Below, one piece after another: positions 1 through 13,266 of a DNA stretch of 64,000 nucleotides (the first letter of the stretch is position 1; each line of letters starts with the position of its first letter). Under the pieces are notes generated by a model, which was given only the letters and a program-made list of their open reading frames with translations, did not search any database and had not been told where the DNA came from. This DNA comes from Mobula hypostoma (Eukaryota), in the NCBI RefSeq assembly GCF_963921235.1, contig NC_086097.1, positions 140,370,001 through 140,434,000 on the forward strand. The letters are read 5' to 3'. The position numbers and the translations under genes are program-made.

Positions 1-179
1 AATAACCATGAGTTACGACAGTGGTGTGCAGAAGTGCACCTGTAAATTCACAATATGTTGAGCTTTGAGACACTTATCCAGCTGTCTTTACAAATTAATA
101 TGTCTCCATTACTATCCCAAACAACTTATGTAGAGATAAAAGGTACATACATAAAGATGTATAAAAACATCTAAAATTG

Positions 180-1430
180 GTTGACGGGACTGGAAGACTT
201 GAGTTATTGGAGAAACTGAATAGGCTGGTATTCTTCCCTGAAGCAAAGGAGGCTAAGGGTGACTTTATGAATCATGAGGGGCATAGATAAGGCAGATGGT
301 TAAAATCCTTATCCCAGTAAATGGGAATTTAAAATTAGAAGGAATAAGTTTAAGGTGAGTGGGAAAAGATTTCAGATTCAGGTTTACTTATCCTATGTAC
401 ATCGAAACACACGGTGAAATGTATCCTTTGTGTTAACAACCAACACACCTAAGGATGTGCTGGGGGCTTAAAGGGGACTTCAAGTACAGAAGGTTGTAGG
501 TATATAAGTGTCAAGTTAGGAAAAGGGGAAGTACAACGAGATCTAGGTGTCCTTGTTCATCAGTCACTGAAAGTAAGCATGCAGGTACAGCAGGCAGTGA
601 AGAAAGCTAATGGTATGTTGGCCTTCATAACAAGGGGAGTTGAGTATAGGAGCAAAGAGGTCCTTCTGCAGTTGTACAGGGCCCTGGTGAAACCACACCT
701 GGAGTATTATGTACAGTTTTGGTCTCCAAATTTGAGGAAGGACATTCTAGCTATTGAGGGAGTGCAGCGTAGGCTCACGAGGTTAATTCCCGGGATGGCG
801 GGACTGTCATATGTTGAAAGATTGGAGCGACTGGGCTTGTATACACTGGGAATTTAGAAGGATGAGAAGGGATCTGATTGAAACGTATAAGATTATTAAG
901 GGATTGGACACGCCAGAGGCAGGAAATATGTTCCCAATGTTGGGGGAGTCCAGAACCAGAGGCCACAGTTTAAGAATAAGGGGTAGACCATTTAGAACAG
1001 AGTTGAGGAAAAACTTTTTCACACAGAGGGTTGTAGTTCTGTGGAATACTCTGCCTCAGAAGGCAGTGGAGGCAAATTCTCTGGATTCTTTCAAGAAAGA
1101 GTTAGATAGAGCTCTTAAAGATAGCGGAGTCAAGGGATATGGGGAGAAGGCAGGAAAAGGGTACTGATTGTGCATGATCAGTCATGATCACAGGGCTGAA
1201 TGGCCTACTCCTGCACCTATTGTCTATTGTATATGGAAGAAGCTGCCAGAGGAAATAGTAAACATGGGTACAATTACAACATCTAAAATACATTTTGACA
1301 GGTTCATTTTGAAAATGATGTGTGATATGCGATAAATGTAGACAAATGGGCTAGCTCAGGAATGCACGATAGCCAGCATGGATGATGTGAGCCAAATGGT
1401 TTGTTTCCATGCTGTACAACTATGACTGAA
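180..1430 (+). mobile_element. Old degenerate CR1-type LINE 3' end, interrupted by a younger CR1 (507-1229) and a short SINE-like piece (~372-467)
   Basis: Decayed CR1 ORF2 C-terminal sequence (gaggctaagggtgac..., tttaaggtgagtgggaaaagattt) resumes after 1230 (ctgccagaggaaatagta...). Confidence 0.65.
507..1229 (+). mobile_element. 5'-truncated CR1-type LINE (ORF2 C-terminus and 3' UTR)
   Basis: ORFs 579-857 and 811-1167 (VKKANGMLAFI...PHLEY.VQFWSP...RTRGHSLRI...FFTQRVV) are split by a frameshift. The 3' end reads gaatggcctactcctgcacctattgtctatt. Confidence 0.9.
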
Positions 1431-2542
1431 ATTAGAAATCACTAATTCCATTGACAAACTGGTTCTGGTACTATAATTAACTGTCTGGTAACCAGTTCCA
1501 GAATGGTAATGTGTCTTGAATTTTGTTCCCGTGGTCATGTTGAACAAAACAATTATAAAATGGAAATAGGTTGTGCAGCACAGTACGGTTGAAGGTGATG
1601 AATGAACCAACACAATTGTTAGATCTACTTCACCTCATCCTAACTAAATTCACCTGCAGCAGGTGCATTTACCAAAGAAAGCATTAGGAGTAGGTTCAAT
1701 CTTCTCACCAACATGTGTGGTGCTGTTATAGCCTTAAAATGGGTTATATTGATAACACCTCTGCCAGCTCAAAACTGCACATCCATGAGGCAACATGTGC
1801 TATCAGTAGCAATGGAACTGCACAGCATCACAATATTTAACTTCACAGCTTGGCACATCCCTCATACCCATTTGTGCATATAGTACGGGCTGCTCTGTAA
1901 ACATTCATGGCATGGGGTTTATAGTATTTTCAGTCTCTGGATAATGTCAGATCATTCTTGCACTCCAGGCTATTCTCATGTCCATAATCTACCTTTAATT
2001 TTTACCAGCAAAAATAAATCATGACTTGTTAATGTAATCTTATCATTCTGTGGAAATAAATGTTTAGAAGTCATGGTGAAGGTTTCTCACTGTATCAGGA
2101 AGAAGGGAAACCAGTACGAATTCTCTCACTCTGGATTATATACAAGATGTAGCAAATTCTGTAATAAAACTTCAGAAAGGAACTGGTATCCATGACACTT
2201 CTAGGACTAGGCTTACATAATTCATGGTAGTTGCATTTCAATTTTTTTTACTCAAATTAGAACTGCCAGCTTTTTAAAAAATTACCATCTATGTTAGTTT
2301 ATTTCTTCTTAAAATACAACATGCAGAAGTAATGAAAGCACTCAATAGCAAAATTACTCTGTTATATTGATCAAGTTTATTCACCTTCAGCAGCAGAAAG
2401 ATGCTTATTGTTATGTACCTGCTAATCCCTTACTTCAGTAACTCAGCCAACAAAGCTGTTTTAAATATGTAGGAGCATACATCAGAATAGTCTATACTGC
2501 CTCTTGAGCCTGGTTCAACATTTAGGATTTGGACCGGAACTA

Positions 2543-3997
2543 CACTCAGTAGCCATTTTATTTGGTACCTTCTGTACCTAATAAAGTGGCCACTGAGTGT
2601 ATGTTTGTGGTTTTCTGCCAATTCACCTCAAGATTCAACGAGTTTGTGTCCATAGATGCTCTTCTGCACACCACTGTTGTAATGCATAGATTACTCTCAC
2701 TACAGCATGAACCAGTCTGGCCATTCTCACCTGAACTCTCTCGCTAACAAAGTATTTTTGCCCACAGAACTGCTGCTCACAGGAATTTTTTTTTTGTTTT
2801 TTGCACCATCTCTGTAATCTCTAGAGACTGTTGTGTGTGAAAATCTCAGATCAGCTGTTTTTAAGATATTCAAACCACCCTGTCAGTCACCAACAGTTAT
2901 TCTACAGTCAAGGTCACTTAGATTACATTTCAAGTTGTCAAATTTATTGTCATTTTAACCATAAGCTGCTGGCACAGCACACAGTAAAAACAAAACATGT
3001 TCCTCCAGGACCATGGTACTACATGAAACAACACAAAACTACACTAGATTATGTGAGACAGCACAAGGCTACACTAGACTACGTAAAACAACCATAAAGT
3101 GCACATAACAGTGCAGGGCAGTACAATAATTAATAAACAAGACAAGAGGCACAGTAGAGGGCAAATTACAATACAATAATAAATGATGTAGATGTCAGTC
3201 TAGACTTTGGGTATTGAGGAGTCTGATGGCTTGGGGGAAGAAACTGTTGCACAGTCTGGTCGTGAGAGCCCGAAACCTTCGGTACCTTTTGCCAGATGGC
3301 AGGAGGGAGAAGAGTTTGTGTGAGGGGTGCGTGGGGTCCTTCATAATACTGTTAGCTTTGCGGGTGCAGCGTGTAGTGTAAGTGTCCGAAATAGCGGGAA
3401 GAGAGACCCTGATGATCTCAGCTGACCTCACTATCCGCTGCAGGGTCTTGTGATCCCAGACGGTGCAATTCCCGAACCAGGCAGTGATGCAGCTGTTCAG
3501 GATGCTCTCGATGCATCCCCTGTAGAATGTGGTGAGGATGGGGGCGGGTGGGAGATAGACTTTTCTCAGCCTTTGCAGAAAGTAGAGACGCTGCTGGGCT
3601 TTCTTTGCTATGGAGCTGGTGTTGAGGGACCAGGTGAGATTCTTCGCCAGGTGAACACCAAGAAATTTGGTGCTCTTAACGATCTCAACGGAGGAGCCGT
3701 CAATGTTCAGTGGAGAGTGGTCGCTCCATGCTCTCCTGAAGTCAACAACCATCTCTTTTGTTTTGTTCACAGAGACAGGTTGCTGGCTCTGCATCAGTCT
3801 GTTAGCCGCTGCACCTCCTCTCTGTATGCTGACTCATTGTTCTTCCCCATTCTGATGATTGCTCTGAACAACAACTGAACCTCTTGACCATGTCTGCATG
3901 GTTTTATGCATTGAGTTGCCTTCACATGATTGGCTGATTAGATATTTGCATTAACGAACAGGTGTGCAAGTATACCTACTAAAGTTGAAACTGTGCG
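2543..3997. mobile_element. Non-autonomous Tc1/mariner-like DNA transposon, interrupted by a LINE
   Basis: TA|CACTCAGTAGCCATTTTATTTGGTAC at the left end and the degenerate inverted end GTATACCTACTAAAGTTGAAACTGTGCG|TA at the right. Confidence 0.65.
2931..3839 (-). mobile_element. Rex1/Babar-type LINE 3' fragment
   Basis: ORF 3195-3794 contains NKTKEMVVDFRR...KFLGVHL...LTWS.NT...[10 protein letters not shown]...HPSHKLFSLLPSGKRYR...NSFFPQAIRLLN. The 3' tail contains aaatgacaataaa. Confidence 0.85.
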
Positions 3998-5971
3998 TAT
4001 GCTTCAGGCTCATTCTCCTACTAAATCCATGTCCAAACATGACTTCGTTTTTACCCTGAATCTACTTATTGGCCAAGTATCCAATTAAACACATTTCCAT
4101 GTGTAAAAACTTATGAAGGAACCTGAAGCCAACCTTTACTCTCCCATCTTCAAATGTTTAAAGCAGAACTGTTGCAAGGATCATATTGTTTGTTGAGAAA
4201 CCAAAACAGTTTTTTGAAGCTAGTCATTTAAATATCTGGTCATTGCCTTGAGAGGTTTACTATCTACTGCACTATATTCAAAAACCACAAATTAATGTAT
4301 CCTTGACTTGTAGGAATACTGCAATTGTTAAATGCCAAATAACAAATTTTATAATGTACTTTAACTTATACCCACGGAACTGAAAGTGAGCAGACAACTA
4401 AATATCATGGCTTTATTAATTAATTTCAGCAATATTTGGCAATTGGTCAATAACATTTGTTGATCAAAATGCTTACCTCTGGCTATAATACAACACAAGT
4501 TTCAGGGAACACAGATGAGGTTTTTAAATAAAAGTCACTTTAAAATAAATTCAGAACTGCTCCAAATGAGAATACAAAATTGCCTAAGGTAGATTACAAC
4601 ACTCCTGCTTCTCTGATTACTGATTTCAAGAGGTGTACAAACACTGGGACATGTAAACAGCAAAGGAAGATTCCACTTCATCACAAACAAAAACATAAAC
4701 ACAGGAATGATTGAACACTTTCAACATCCTGCATCTGGGAGCACAGTAGAATCAAACGCGATCTGCACAAGTGACCATACACACTTACTCTTACAAAGTA
4801 GAATTTTCTGTTTCTTTGTTAAAATATCACTGCAGTTTCAAAGAATAAGTATACATAATGGAGAATCAACACCAAAAGACATATTGAAACAAGTTCAACA
4901 GTTGCAAGATTCTTTTTAATAAAAAGTGAAACAGCATAGACTCATTACTGGAGTCACCAACAGCTGTTGTGAGGATATGTTAGTGATCTACCCAAAGAGT
5001 CTGTGGGTTGCAGGGACTAGCCAAATGATGGAAAATAATGAATCAGATTATGGGGATAGACCTGGGACATATGCCAGGAAATAGTGATAGAGTGCCAGGA
5101 ATAACAAAATCAAAGCTGTGGTTTAAAACACTGAAAGTAAACAGGAAAGATCTTATCCAGAAACACTTAGCAGACTCCTATGTAAACTCATCATGTTGGA
5201 ATTGCACCCACTGGCTAATGGCTCTGGTATAGCACTTCCCAGATCCACAGCTGATCCAAATACAAGGACAATCCAAAACTCTCGGCCCACTAACCTCTGA
5301 TTTATATGGAAAAAACACTGGCTCCTACACCAGTAAGGGAAGTTAATGAGTGAGCAAGCTATCTAATCATTCAGAACAGTCAAAATGATTGTAAAATGGC
5401 GTTTCTCGTTCATACGTCCCATTGTGTATTCAGACTAATATAATCTGAAAACACTAAGACCTTCAGATATATTCTCAAATGTACTTCACTGATCTGACTT
5501 CACAAAAATCTGCTGTTTAATAAACATGCAATGATCTTGCACTATGTAAACACCTGATGCAATGAAAAATTGACATACTTGCATTGGAGACACAGTGACA
5601 GCAGGTGCTTGAACCTGGAGCAAAAACAAACTGCAGTAGTTAGAGTAAGGAATGGTTGATGAATGGTAGAGACCTGCAGGACAACTCTGATGAGGACTGC
5701 TGAGTTCCTCCAGCAGCTTTTGCAACATATTTGCACTACTTTGGATTCAACCAACATACTATCAAACTGTTCTAGTGATACCAGACATTGCCTTTACCCT
5801 GCTACTTTGTAAGATAATAATTTTACTCAACATTTTGGATGGGATAAACTGTTGGTAGATCACCCTTCAATTAAGTAGGTAAAGATAGCCATAGCAATGC
5901 ATCATTCAGTGGGATAAACCCTTTAATTCAGATTAAATTTCCTATGTTCTGTAGTGAAACTGTGGCTAGAT

Positions 5972-6490
5972 TCGGGTTGCCAATTGTCCTGTATTGGCCA
6001 GGACATCCCGTATATTGGGCTAAATTGGTTTGTCCCATACGGGACTGCCCTTGTCCCGTATTTCCCCCACTAAGGTAGAGCGTTCCTATGAAACCGTTCG
6101 TAAGCCGAAATGGCGTAAAGCGCAGAAGCAATTACCATTAATTTATATGGGAAAAATTTTTGAGCGTTCCCAGACCCAAAGAATAACCTACCAAATCATA
6201 CCAATAACACATAAAACCTAAAATAACACTAACATATAGTAAAAGCAGGAATGATATGATAAATACACAGCCTATATAAAGTAGAAATAATGTATGTACA
6301 GTGTATCAGAATCGGGAAGATTAAGCCAAAATTGATTTGTAGAAAATAATCGGCACGTACACACATGCGCACACAGGTGCCTGCGCAAGGCTTCAGGGTC
6401 ATGGTAGTCTTTCTCAGGTTAAACACAAGTGTCCTATATTTGACTGTTACTTTTGTCCTTTATTTGGGAGTGAGAAAGTTGGCAACCCTA
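5972..6490. mobile_element. Non-autonomous hAT element with (TA)GGGTTGCCAA TIRs
   Basis: TIRs are TCGGGTTGCCAA and TTGGCAACCCTA. A perfect 8-bp TSD GGCTAGAT lies at 5964-5971 and 6491-6498. Confidence 0.85.
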
Positions 6491-8334
6491 GGCTAGATTC
6501 AAAATATAGCTGACAAATCGACAGAGGCAGACTGCATAGAGGGGCTATTGCAAGAATATTTCAAAGATTTTTCATCATATTTGTGAAATTAGTCCCCAAG
6601 AAAACTTTGTGGCATGTTTCTGATAATGCAATAATCAGCAAGGCACTTTCTCATTTCAAAAGTGATTGGCACCTGAACCTGGATTTCACAAGAAACGGTG
6701 TCCATTGTGGCAATTCTGCCACATCCAGCTTACTAGACTAAAATGGATCTTGGCATACCTATTTTCATTTGAGTAAATCCATAGGACTTCCAGTTCTATC
6801 AGTCAACTGGCAGAACATCAATAGAAAATTACACAATGTTCTCATTCAATAAGTAAACTCCAATTCAGCCCAACATTAAAAATCACTTTAAAGTGAAAAG
6901 AACTCAACTCTCTTTAATTGGTCATCTGTATGAAAGTAATAAAAGTGAACCTTGGATTCAATAAATGCAGTCAACGTTGGAAAATACCACAGCATCATTC
7001 AAATAGCTCTATTCAATGATCCCAAACATCACATATACAATCCAGAGTGGTAGTCACCATTTCTGCATCTTTTGAGTGAAACTTTTAAAAATAGATGCCA
7101 CAATCAAAACAATGTACATCACACACACATCAAAATATAGCTACTTTAAATAACAATTCAGTAATAAACCACATCTAATAAGAAAATTAGCAGGGTTTAG
7201 TCAGATTGTTGCAAAGCCAAAGCGGGTGATATTATAGGTTTCAAGTGAAAAGTTGAACAGAGGTAGATTTTAAGGAATATTGGCAAAGATATGGAGGTGG
7301 AGAATATTTATTTCAAGTCAAGGTTCAGACAGGGAGAGCAGGATTATCAATGGAGGAGAACATGTTAGGTTGGGGGAGGAACGACAGAAGGTAATAAACA
7401 AATGGGAGAAGCAAAGCCATGAATTTATTTAAAATCAAGAATAAGAGAAAAATACAAATGCTCAAAATTGAATTCTAAAGCCTCATGGTACGACTTCCAG
7501 ACCTACAGACAGTGTAAAGTTAATTTGATATGCCAACAAACTAAGATTTAGAGTTAGAAATTAAAATCTGGAATTTATTTATGATCAGAAGTGCTTGATT
7601 TCACTTTCAGAGTGTATGGACAATCCCTTGAGGGATTGCACCAGAGTATGGCCTCAAGGAGAAACAAGGGTACACTCTTCATCAAACATTGTCACTCTAA
7701 ATTCCTAGGTCCACAATGATCAAACTATGATTCATCAATCTAAAGATTGCTACCAGAGGGAAGAACCATTTTGCATTGATAATAAAACTGTTTGTCTTGA
7801 GTTTATCTCCAGATGTTCAACATCATAATCAAACCCAGATCCTTAGACCGAGTTCTCGAGGTGGGGACTACAAAAAAATAGATTTACTTTGTATTCATAA
7901 TACATTATGAGAAAAGAGAAATGCAGATTAAGCAAAAAGCTGGAAATAATTGTAACCATTACAAAATGACCGACAAGAATACAATGAGTTGACGGAGCTT
8001 TTGTACTGCAACTCCAGTTTATGACAGAAATTGTCTCAATAAACTTGTGCAACAAATGCGCATATACTGTTTTCATTATGGACAAGTAACTTAGATGAAA
8101 ATTTTAGAGAATGTGGTGCTGAAATTAAGAATGGAAAATATGACTAATATATGTAGACGCAATTTTTTTTTAAACTACTGTAAAAAGAAGCCTGAATTTA
8201 AGCTACTTTTGCATGTCAATGGTATAGTATTTCAAACAGATCCCGACACTGAACTGACCAAACAGGAATCACTGAAAAGACTGAACAGAGCAAGCTGTAG
8301 CTCCAGAGAGAGAACAAGAGTCCATAGATTTTTC

Positions 8335-8737
8335 ACAAGAAAATCTGTAGATGCTGGAAATCCAAGTGACACACACAAAATACTTCACCATTCCCATTTC
8401 CCTCTCTCACCTTATTGCCTTACCTGTGCATCACCTCCTCTGGTGCTCCTTCCCCTTTTCTTTCTTCCATGGTCCACCCTAAGCTATCAGATTCCTCTTT
8501 CTCCAGTTCTTTATCTCTTCAGCTATCAGCTTCCCAGCTCTCGATTTCGTTGCTACTTCTCTCGGTTTCACCTATCACCTACCACCTTGTACTTCTCCCC
8601 CCCCCCCACCACACCTTCTTGTTCATCCTTTTTTTCCAGTCCTTATGAAGGGTCGCAACTCGAATCGTCGACTGTTACTCTTTTCCATCCATTGATGCTG
8701 CCTGGCTTGCTGAGTTCCTCCAGCATTTTATATGTTC
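8335..8737 (+). mobile_element. Penelope-like element pseudo-LTR fragment with short inverted 5' arm
   Basis: Same sequence family as 45640-46030. It carries a degenerate hammerhead motif cagtc-cttatga...gaat-cgtc-gactg at ~8637-8673. Confidence 0.75.
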
Positions 8738-8956
8738 CACAAATTTTTTCCTGCCCTAATCAGTACTTCCAGTATGTTCTGATTTTATTTCAGGATTACA
8801 AGCACCTGTAGTAATTTGCTTTAGGATTTACATTTTAGATTAATAATCGCAGATTAAAATTTTAGGTAAACAATCAATTCTTTCTCAGCCTCCACACACT
8901 CTATGCTCTTGTATGTGTTGACTTCACCTTTTTCAATTTCCACCTACAGCTAACTT

Positions 8957-9733
8957 GTCATAGTCATAGTCATAGTCGTACTTTATTGATCCCGGGTGAT
9001 ATTGGTTTTCATTACAGTTGCACCATAAATAATAAATAGTAATAGAACCATAAATAGTTAAGTAGTAATATGTAAATTATGAAATAAGTCCAGGACCAGC
9101 CTATTGGCTCAGGGTGTCTGACCCTCCAAGGGAGGAGTTGTAAAGTTTGATGACCACAGGCAGAAATGACTTCCTGTGACGCTCTGTGTTGCATCTCGGT
9201 GGAATGAGTCTCTGGCTGAATGTACTCCTGTGCCCAACCAGTACATTATGTAGTGGATGGGAGACATTGTCCAAGATGGCATGCAACTTGGACAGCATCC
9301 TCTTTTCAGACACCACCATCAGAGAGTCCAGTTCCATCCCCACAACATCACTGGCCTTACGAATGAGTTTGTTGATTCTGTTGGTGTCTGCTACCCTCAG
9401 CCTGCTGCCCCAGCTCACAACAGCAAACATGATAGCACTGGCCACCACAGACCCGTAGAACATCCTCAGCATCGTCTGGCAGATGTTAAAGGATCTCAGT
9501 CTCCTCAGGAAATAGAGACGGCTCTGACCCTTCTTGTAGACAGCCTCAGTGTTCTTTGACCAGTCCAGTTTATTGTCAATTCATATCCCCAGGTATTTGT
9601 AATCCTCCACCATGTCCACACTGACGCCCTGGATGGAAACAGGGGTCACCGGTACCTTAGCTCTCCTCAGGTCTACCACCAGCTCCTTAGTCTTTTTCAC
9701 ATTAAGCTGCAGATAATTCTGCTCACACCATGT
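8957..9733 (-). mobile_element. Rex1/Babar-type LINE 3' fragment
   Basis: ORF 9101-9472 contains FY.SVVASAIMFAVV.WG...SHPLH...RKSFLP.VIKLYN. A (tatgac)n microsatellite tail is present at 8957-8980. Confidence 0.8.
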
Positions 9734-10344
9734 TGATTGTTGATTGCTCTTCATTCCAATTCCTTAATAACGTCTTTAGTGTCCAGTGGGGCTATTTCCT
9801 GATCCCGTACGCTTCAAACCACTTATCAAAAAATTCCACTAAGCTCTGATTCATACATTGATTTCCATAACCAGATTAGGAATCTGGAACAATTAAGTGA
9901 GGGGGCAGTCACCTAAATGTATAATACAAAATATGAAATGGCCTCCGGGGGATAACAAAACCAAATGAAGAAAGCCCAACAAAAAAGCAGAATTAAAGGG
10001 CTGATCCTTCTAAAACGCACTCTTCATGCACAAAAATCAGAATTTTTACTGATCAGCAAGAGCTAGGGAAAAGCACACAGCTTCCAAGTTATAAATGTTA
10101 AATATGGTGAAAGACATGCTGCAGAAGTACTCAGAATTGTAAGCAAATAAATCAACATGCTATGCCACAATATAATTTAAATAATGTCTTTGAAATGGCA
10201 AAAAGTATCCAGGAGAAGATTAAAATATTGCGTTGAACAATGATTTTTGAATCAGAAAGAACCACTGTTTAAAGGAGCCGAAATTATCATTTGACTCATT
10301 GTAATGATCAAGCTTTATTTATAAATGCCTATACATTCACGAAT

Positions 10345-11225
10345 GTGAGGCCAGATTCTGCTCTAACTGTAATCTACAACTGTGCAGATGACACCACCAT
10401 AATGGGCTGAATCCCAAATAATGATGAGTTGGAGTAGAGGAAGGAGATAGAGCCTAATTACATGGTGTCATTACTTTCCCTGCATATCAGCAAAACAAGA
10501 ACTGGTAAGTGACTTTAGGAAGGTAGAGGATACAGTACATTTGCTCCTGTTTACACAACCATGCTGATGGTGACAGAATTAAAAGCTTAATTTTCCAAGG
10601 AGTGAACATCATCAATAGCTTATCCCTGGTCCAACCACATTGACAACAGTGCCAAGAAAGCACAGAAAGAATCTGCTAAAGAAACTGGGCATATTCCCTT
10701 GGACCTTTACCTATTTTTATCAATGCACCGTACAAAGCGTCCTCTTCAGATGTATCAAGGCTTGATATGGTAACTGCTCTGCAATTTCTTGCAATCTCAA
10801 GCAGAGTTGTGGACACAACTCAGCACATCATGGCAATCAGCCTCCTCGCCATGGACTCTGTCTATACTCCTCTCTACTTTGGTAATGTAGCCAACATAAT
10901 CAAAGACTGCACCTACCCAGACTTTCTCTCTCCTCCCTACACCTCCCACTCCCCATTCAGCAGAAGATACAAAAGCCCATACCACCAAACTCAATAATGG
11001 TCCCCAAATACAATAAGATCGACTCTTGACCTCACAGTCTACCTTGGTGTGACCTTGCACTTTATTGTCTACTTGCTCTGCACCTTCTATGCTACTATAT
11101 CTCTTCATTCCACATTCTGTTACTTTCCTTTATATTACTTCAATGCACTGTTGTAATGAAATAATCTGGATGGATGACATGCATAACAAAGTTTTTCACT
11201 GAACCTTGGTACCTGTGATAATAAT
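10345..11225 (+). mobile_element. Old degenerate Rex1/Babar-type LINE fragment
   Basis: gcagatgacaccacc (ADDTT) motif, a tggtccaaccacattgac...gccaagaaagcac motif and a typical 3' UTR; many indels. Confidence 0.7.
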
Positions 11226-11811
11226 TTAACAATTTTTTTTTTGGAATCCAAATACTGCTGCTATTGGCAGCATTTATTGTCCTCCTCCAACTACCCCTGT
11301 GAAGGTTGCGGTGAGCCATCTTCTTGAACTGCTGCATACCTCTAGTGAAGATGCTCACCAGCGCTGACGAGAGGTAGTTTCAAAATTTAAATCCAGAGGT
11401 GATGAAGAACTAGTGATGTATTTGCAAATCAGAATATTGCATGACTTAGAGGGAAACCTGCAGGTAACAGTACTCTCGTGCATTCTGCCCTCATCCTTCA
11501 TGACAGTAGAGGTTGAGGATTCACGAGTGTTTTTAAAAGCTATGTGCGAAGTAAATGCAGTGCAGTTTTGTGGATGGTACATTCTGCTGTTATTATGCAC
11601 TGGTGGGAACAAACATCTAGGGTGATTAGTGAGAAACTAACTAAGCAAGCTGCTTTGTCCTGGATTGGTTATAAATGCACCAATTCAGTTACACTCCTAA
11701 TTTAATTATTATATATCATGGAAAGGCCTTACAGTGTCAGGAGTCACTCACAACAAAATATCCAACTTCTGACCTGAACTTGTATGGTACCTTCATGGTT
11801 GGTCCTGATGA

Positions 11812-12090
11812 ATTTTATTTATTTTTATTTAGAGACACAGCACAAATCAGGCCCTTCTGGCCCAATGAATTGCACTGCCCAGCAACCCACCTATACAACA
11901 CTAGCTTAGTCACAATTTGTAATGACCAATTAACCTACTAACTAGTATGTCTTTGGACTGTGGGAGGAAACCTGGAGCACCTAGAGGAAATCCACACGGT
12001 CATAGGGAAATGTACAGACTCCTTACAGAAGGTGCTGGAAATGAGCTCCGATGCCCTGAGATATAATAGCAGCGCACTAACCGTGGCACA
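11812..12090 (-). mobile_element. HE1-like tRNA-derived V-SINE
   Basis: V-domain-like sequence gtgggaggaaacctggagcacctagaggaaatccacacggtcatagggaaatgtacagactcc, with an A-rich tail on the minus strand. Confidence 0.75.
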
Positions 12091-12993
12091 CTGATTTCTG
12101 GTCCATGGTGACTTCAGGACATCGATAGTGAGGGACACGACAATAATAATGCTGTTGAACGTCAAGGTAGGCAGTCTTTCGTTGAAATGGCCGTGGTCTC
12201 TTTGCTGTGACATGACTGTTATTTGCCATTGATCAGTTCATACTTAAATATTGACTGGGTCTTGTTACATGCAGGTATGGAATACTTCATTTGTTGATGA
12301 GTTTGGAAAAGAATTGAACAGCAATCATCACGAAACAGTCCATTTCTGACCTTGTGCTGGAAGATCTTTGATGAAACAGCTGAAGAAGGTTAGGCCTAGG
12401 ACATTGTCCTGCATTCTGGGGCTGAGATGAATAACCTCTGAGAAACTATCATCTTCCTTTGGGTGAGTTGTGACTCATACTATTGGAGGGCTTTCCTTTG
12501 ACTTCATGCTTACCAGGACACATGACACAATATCCAGTCTAATACTGTCTTAACATCAAGGGTGGTTATTTATTTCTTACTTCTAGAGTTCAGCAGCTCT
12601 TTGGTCCATGTGTGGATCTACAAAGTTGTGTTGAGGTTTGCAGTCAAGAGGTCTGGCAAAACCCAAACTAGGCATTTGTGAGTAGTTACTGGTAAGTGCT
12701 ATTGTGTATGACAGCACTGCTTGAAGATAGCTTGAAGATAGATTAGATTACCTGGGTGGTAATTAGCCATCTTGGATTTGTGCTGCATTTTGTGAACAGG
12801 ATATGCCTGGGCAATGTTTTCCATTGTCAAGTAGATGCTAGTGTTGCAGTTGTACTGGATCAGCTTGGCTTGAGGCACAGATGGTTCTGCAGAGCAGTTC
12901 CTCAGTGGTACAACTAGGACTTTGCTGGCTCCCTTAACCTTTTCTACATCCAATTCTCTCAGCCATTTTTTGATAGTATGTGAAATTAATTGA

Positions 12994-13266
12994 CAAATAA
13001 GAGACAATTTGCAGATGCTGGAAATCCAAGCAACTCTCACAAATGCTGGAGGAACTCAGCAGACCAGGCAGCATCTATGGAAAAAACAGTACAGTCGACG
13101 TTTTGGGCCGAGACACTTTGGCCTAATTCTGCTGCTATGTCTTATGGTCTGGTATTAAGGACTCATAAGTGCAGACGAAGGCTCTTGGCCCGAAATGCTG
13201 ACTGTACTTTTCTTTCCCCCATAGGTGCTGCCTGGCCTGCTGGGTTCCTCCAGCATTTGTGAGTTA
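12994..13266. mobile_element. Penelope-derived fold-back insert
   Basis: Inverted pseudo-LTR arms with a 13-bp TSD TGAAATTAATTGA at 12981-12993 and 13267-13279. Confidence 0.8.

Noticed and set aside
2430..2621. Minus ORF ending FKTALLAELLK, considered as a downstream BBS9 exon
   Set aside because: It does not match the BBS9 C-terminal sequence and half of it lies in a Tc1-like element.
3030..3095. Short direct repeats (acacaa.actacactaga.ta.g; also 33700-33810) resembling an array
   Set aside because: They are part of the LINE 3' UTR minisatellite, with no unique spacers and a eukaryotic context; not CRISPR.
3195..3794. Similarity to the 'ALKBH8 N-terminal/DUF1891' type domain
   Set aside because: This is the C-terminal region of a non-LTR retrotransposon ORF, not a host gene.
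8095..8811. 238-aa plus-strand ORF
   Set aside because: It runs from AT-rich intron into the pyrimidine-rich Penelope pseudo-LTR, giving a low-complexity S/P/L/F translation with no recognisable domain.
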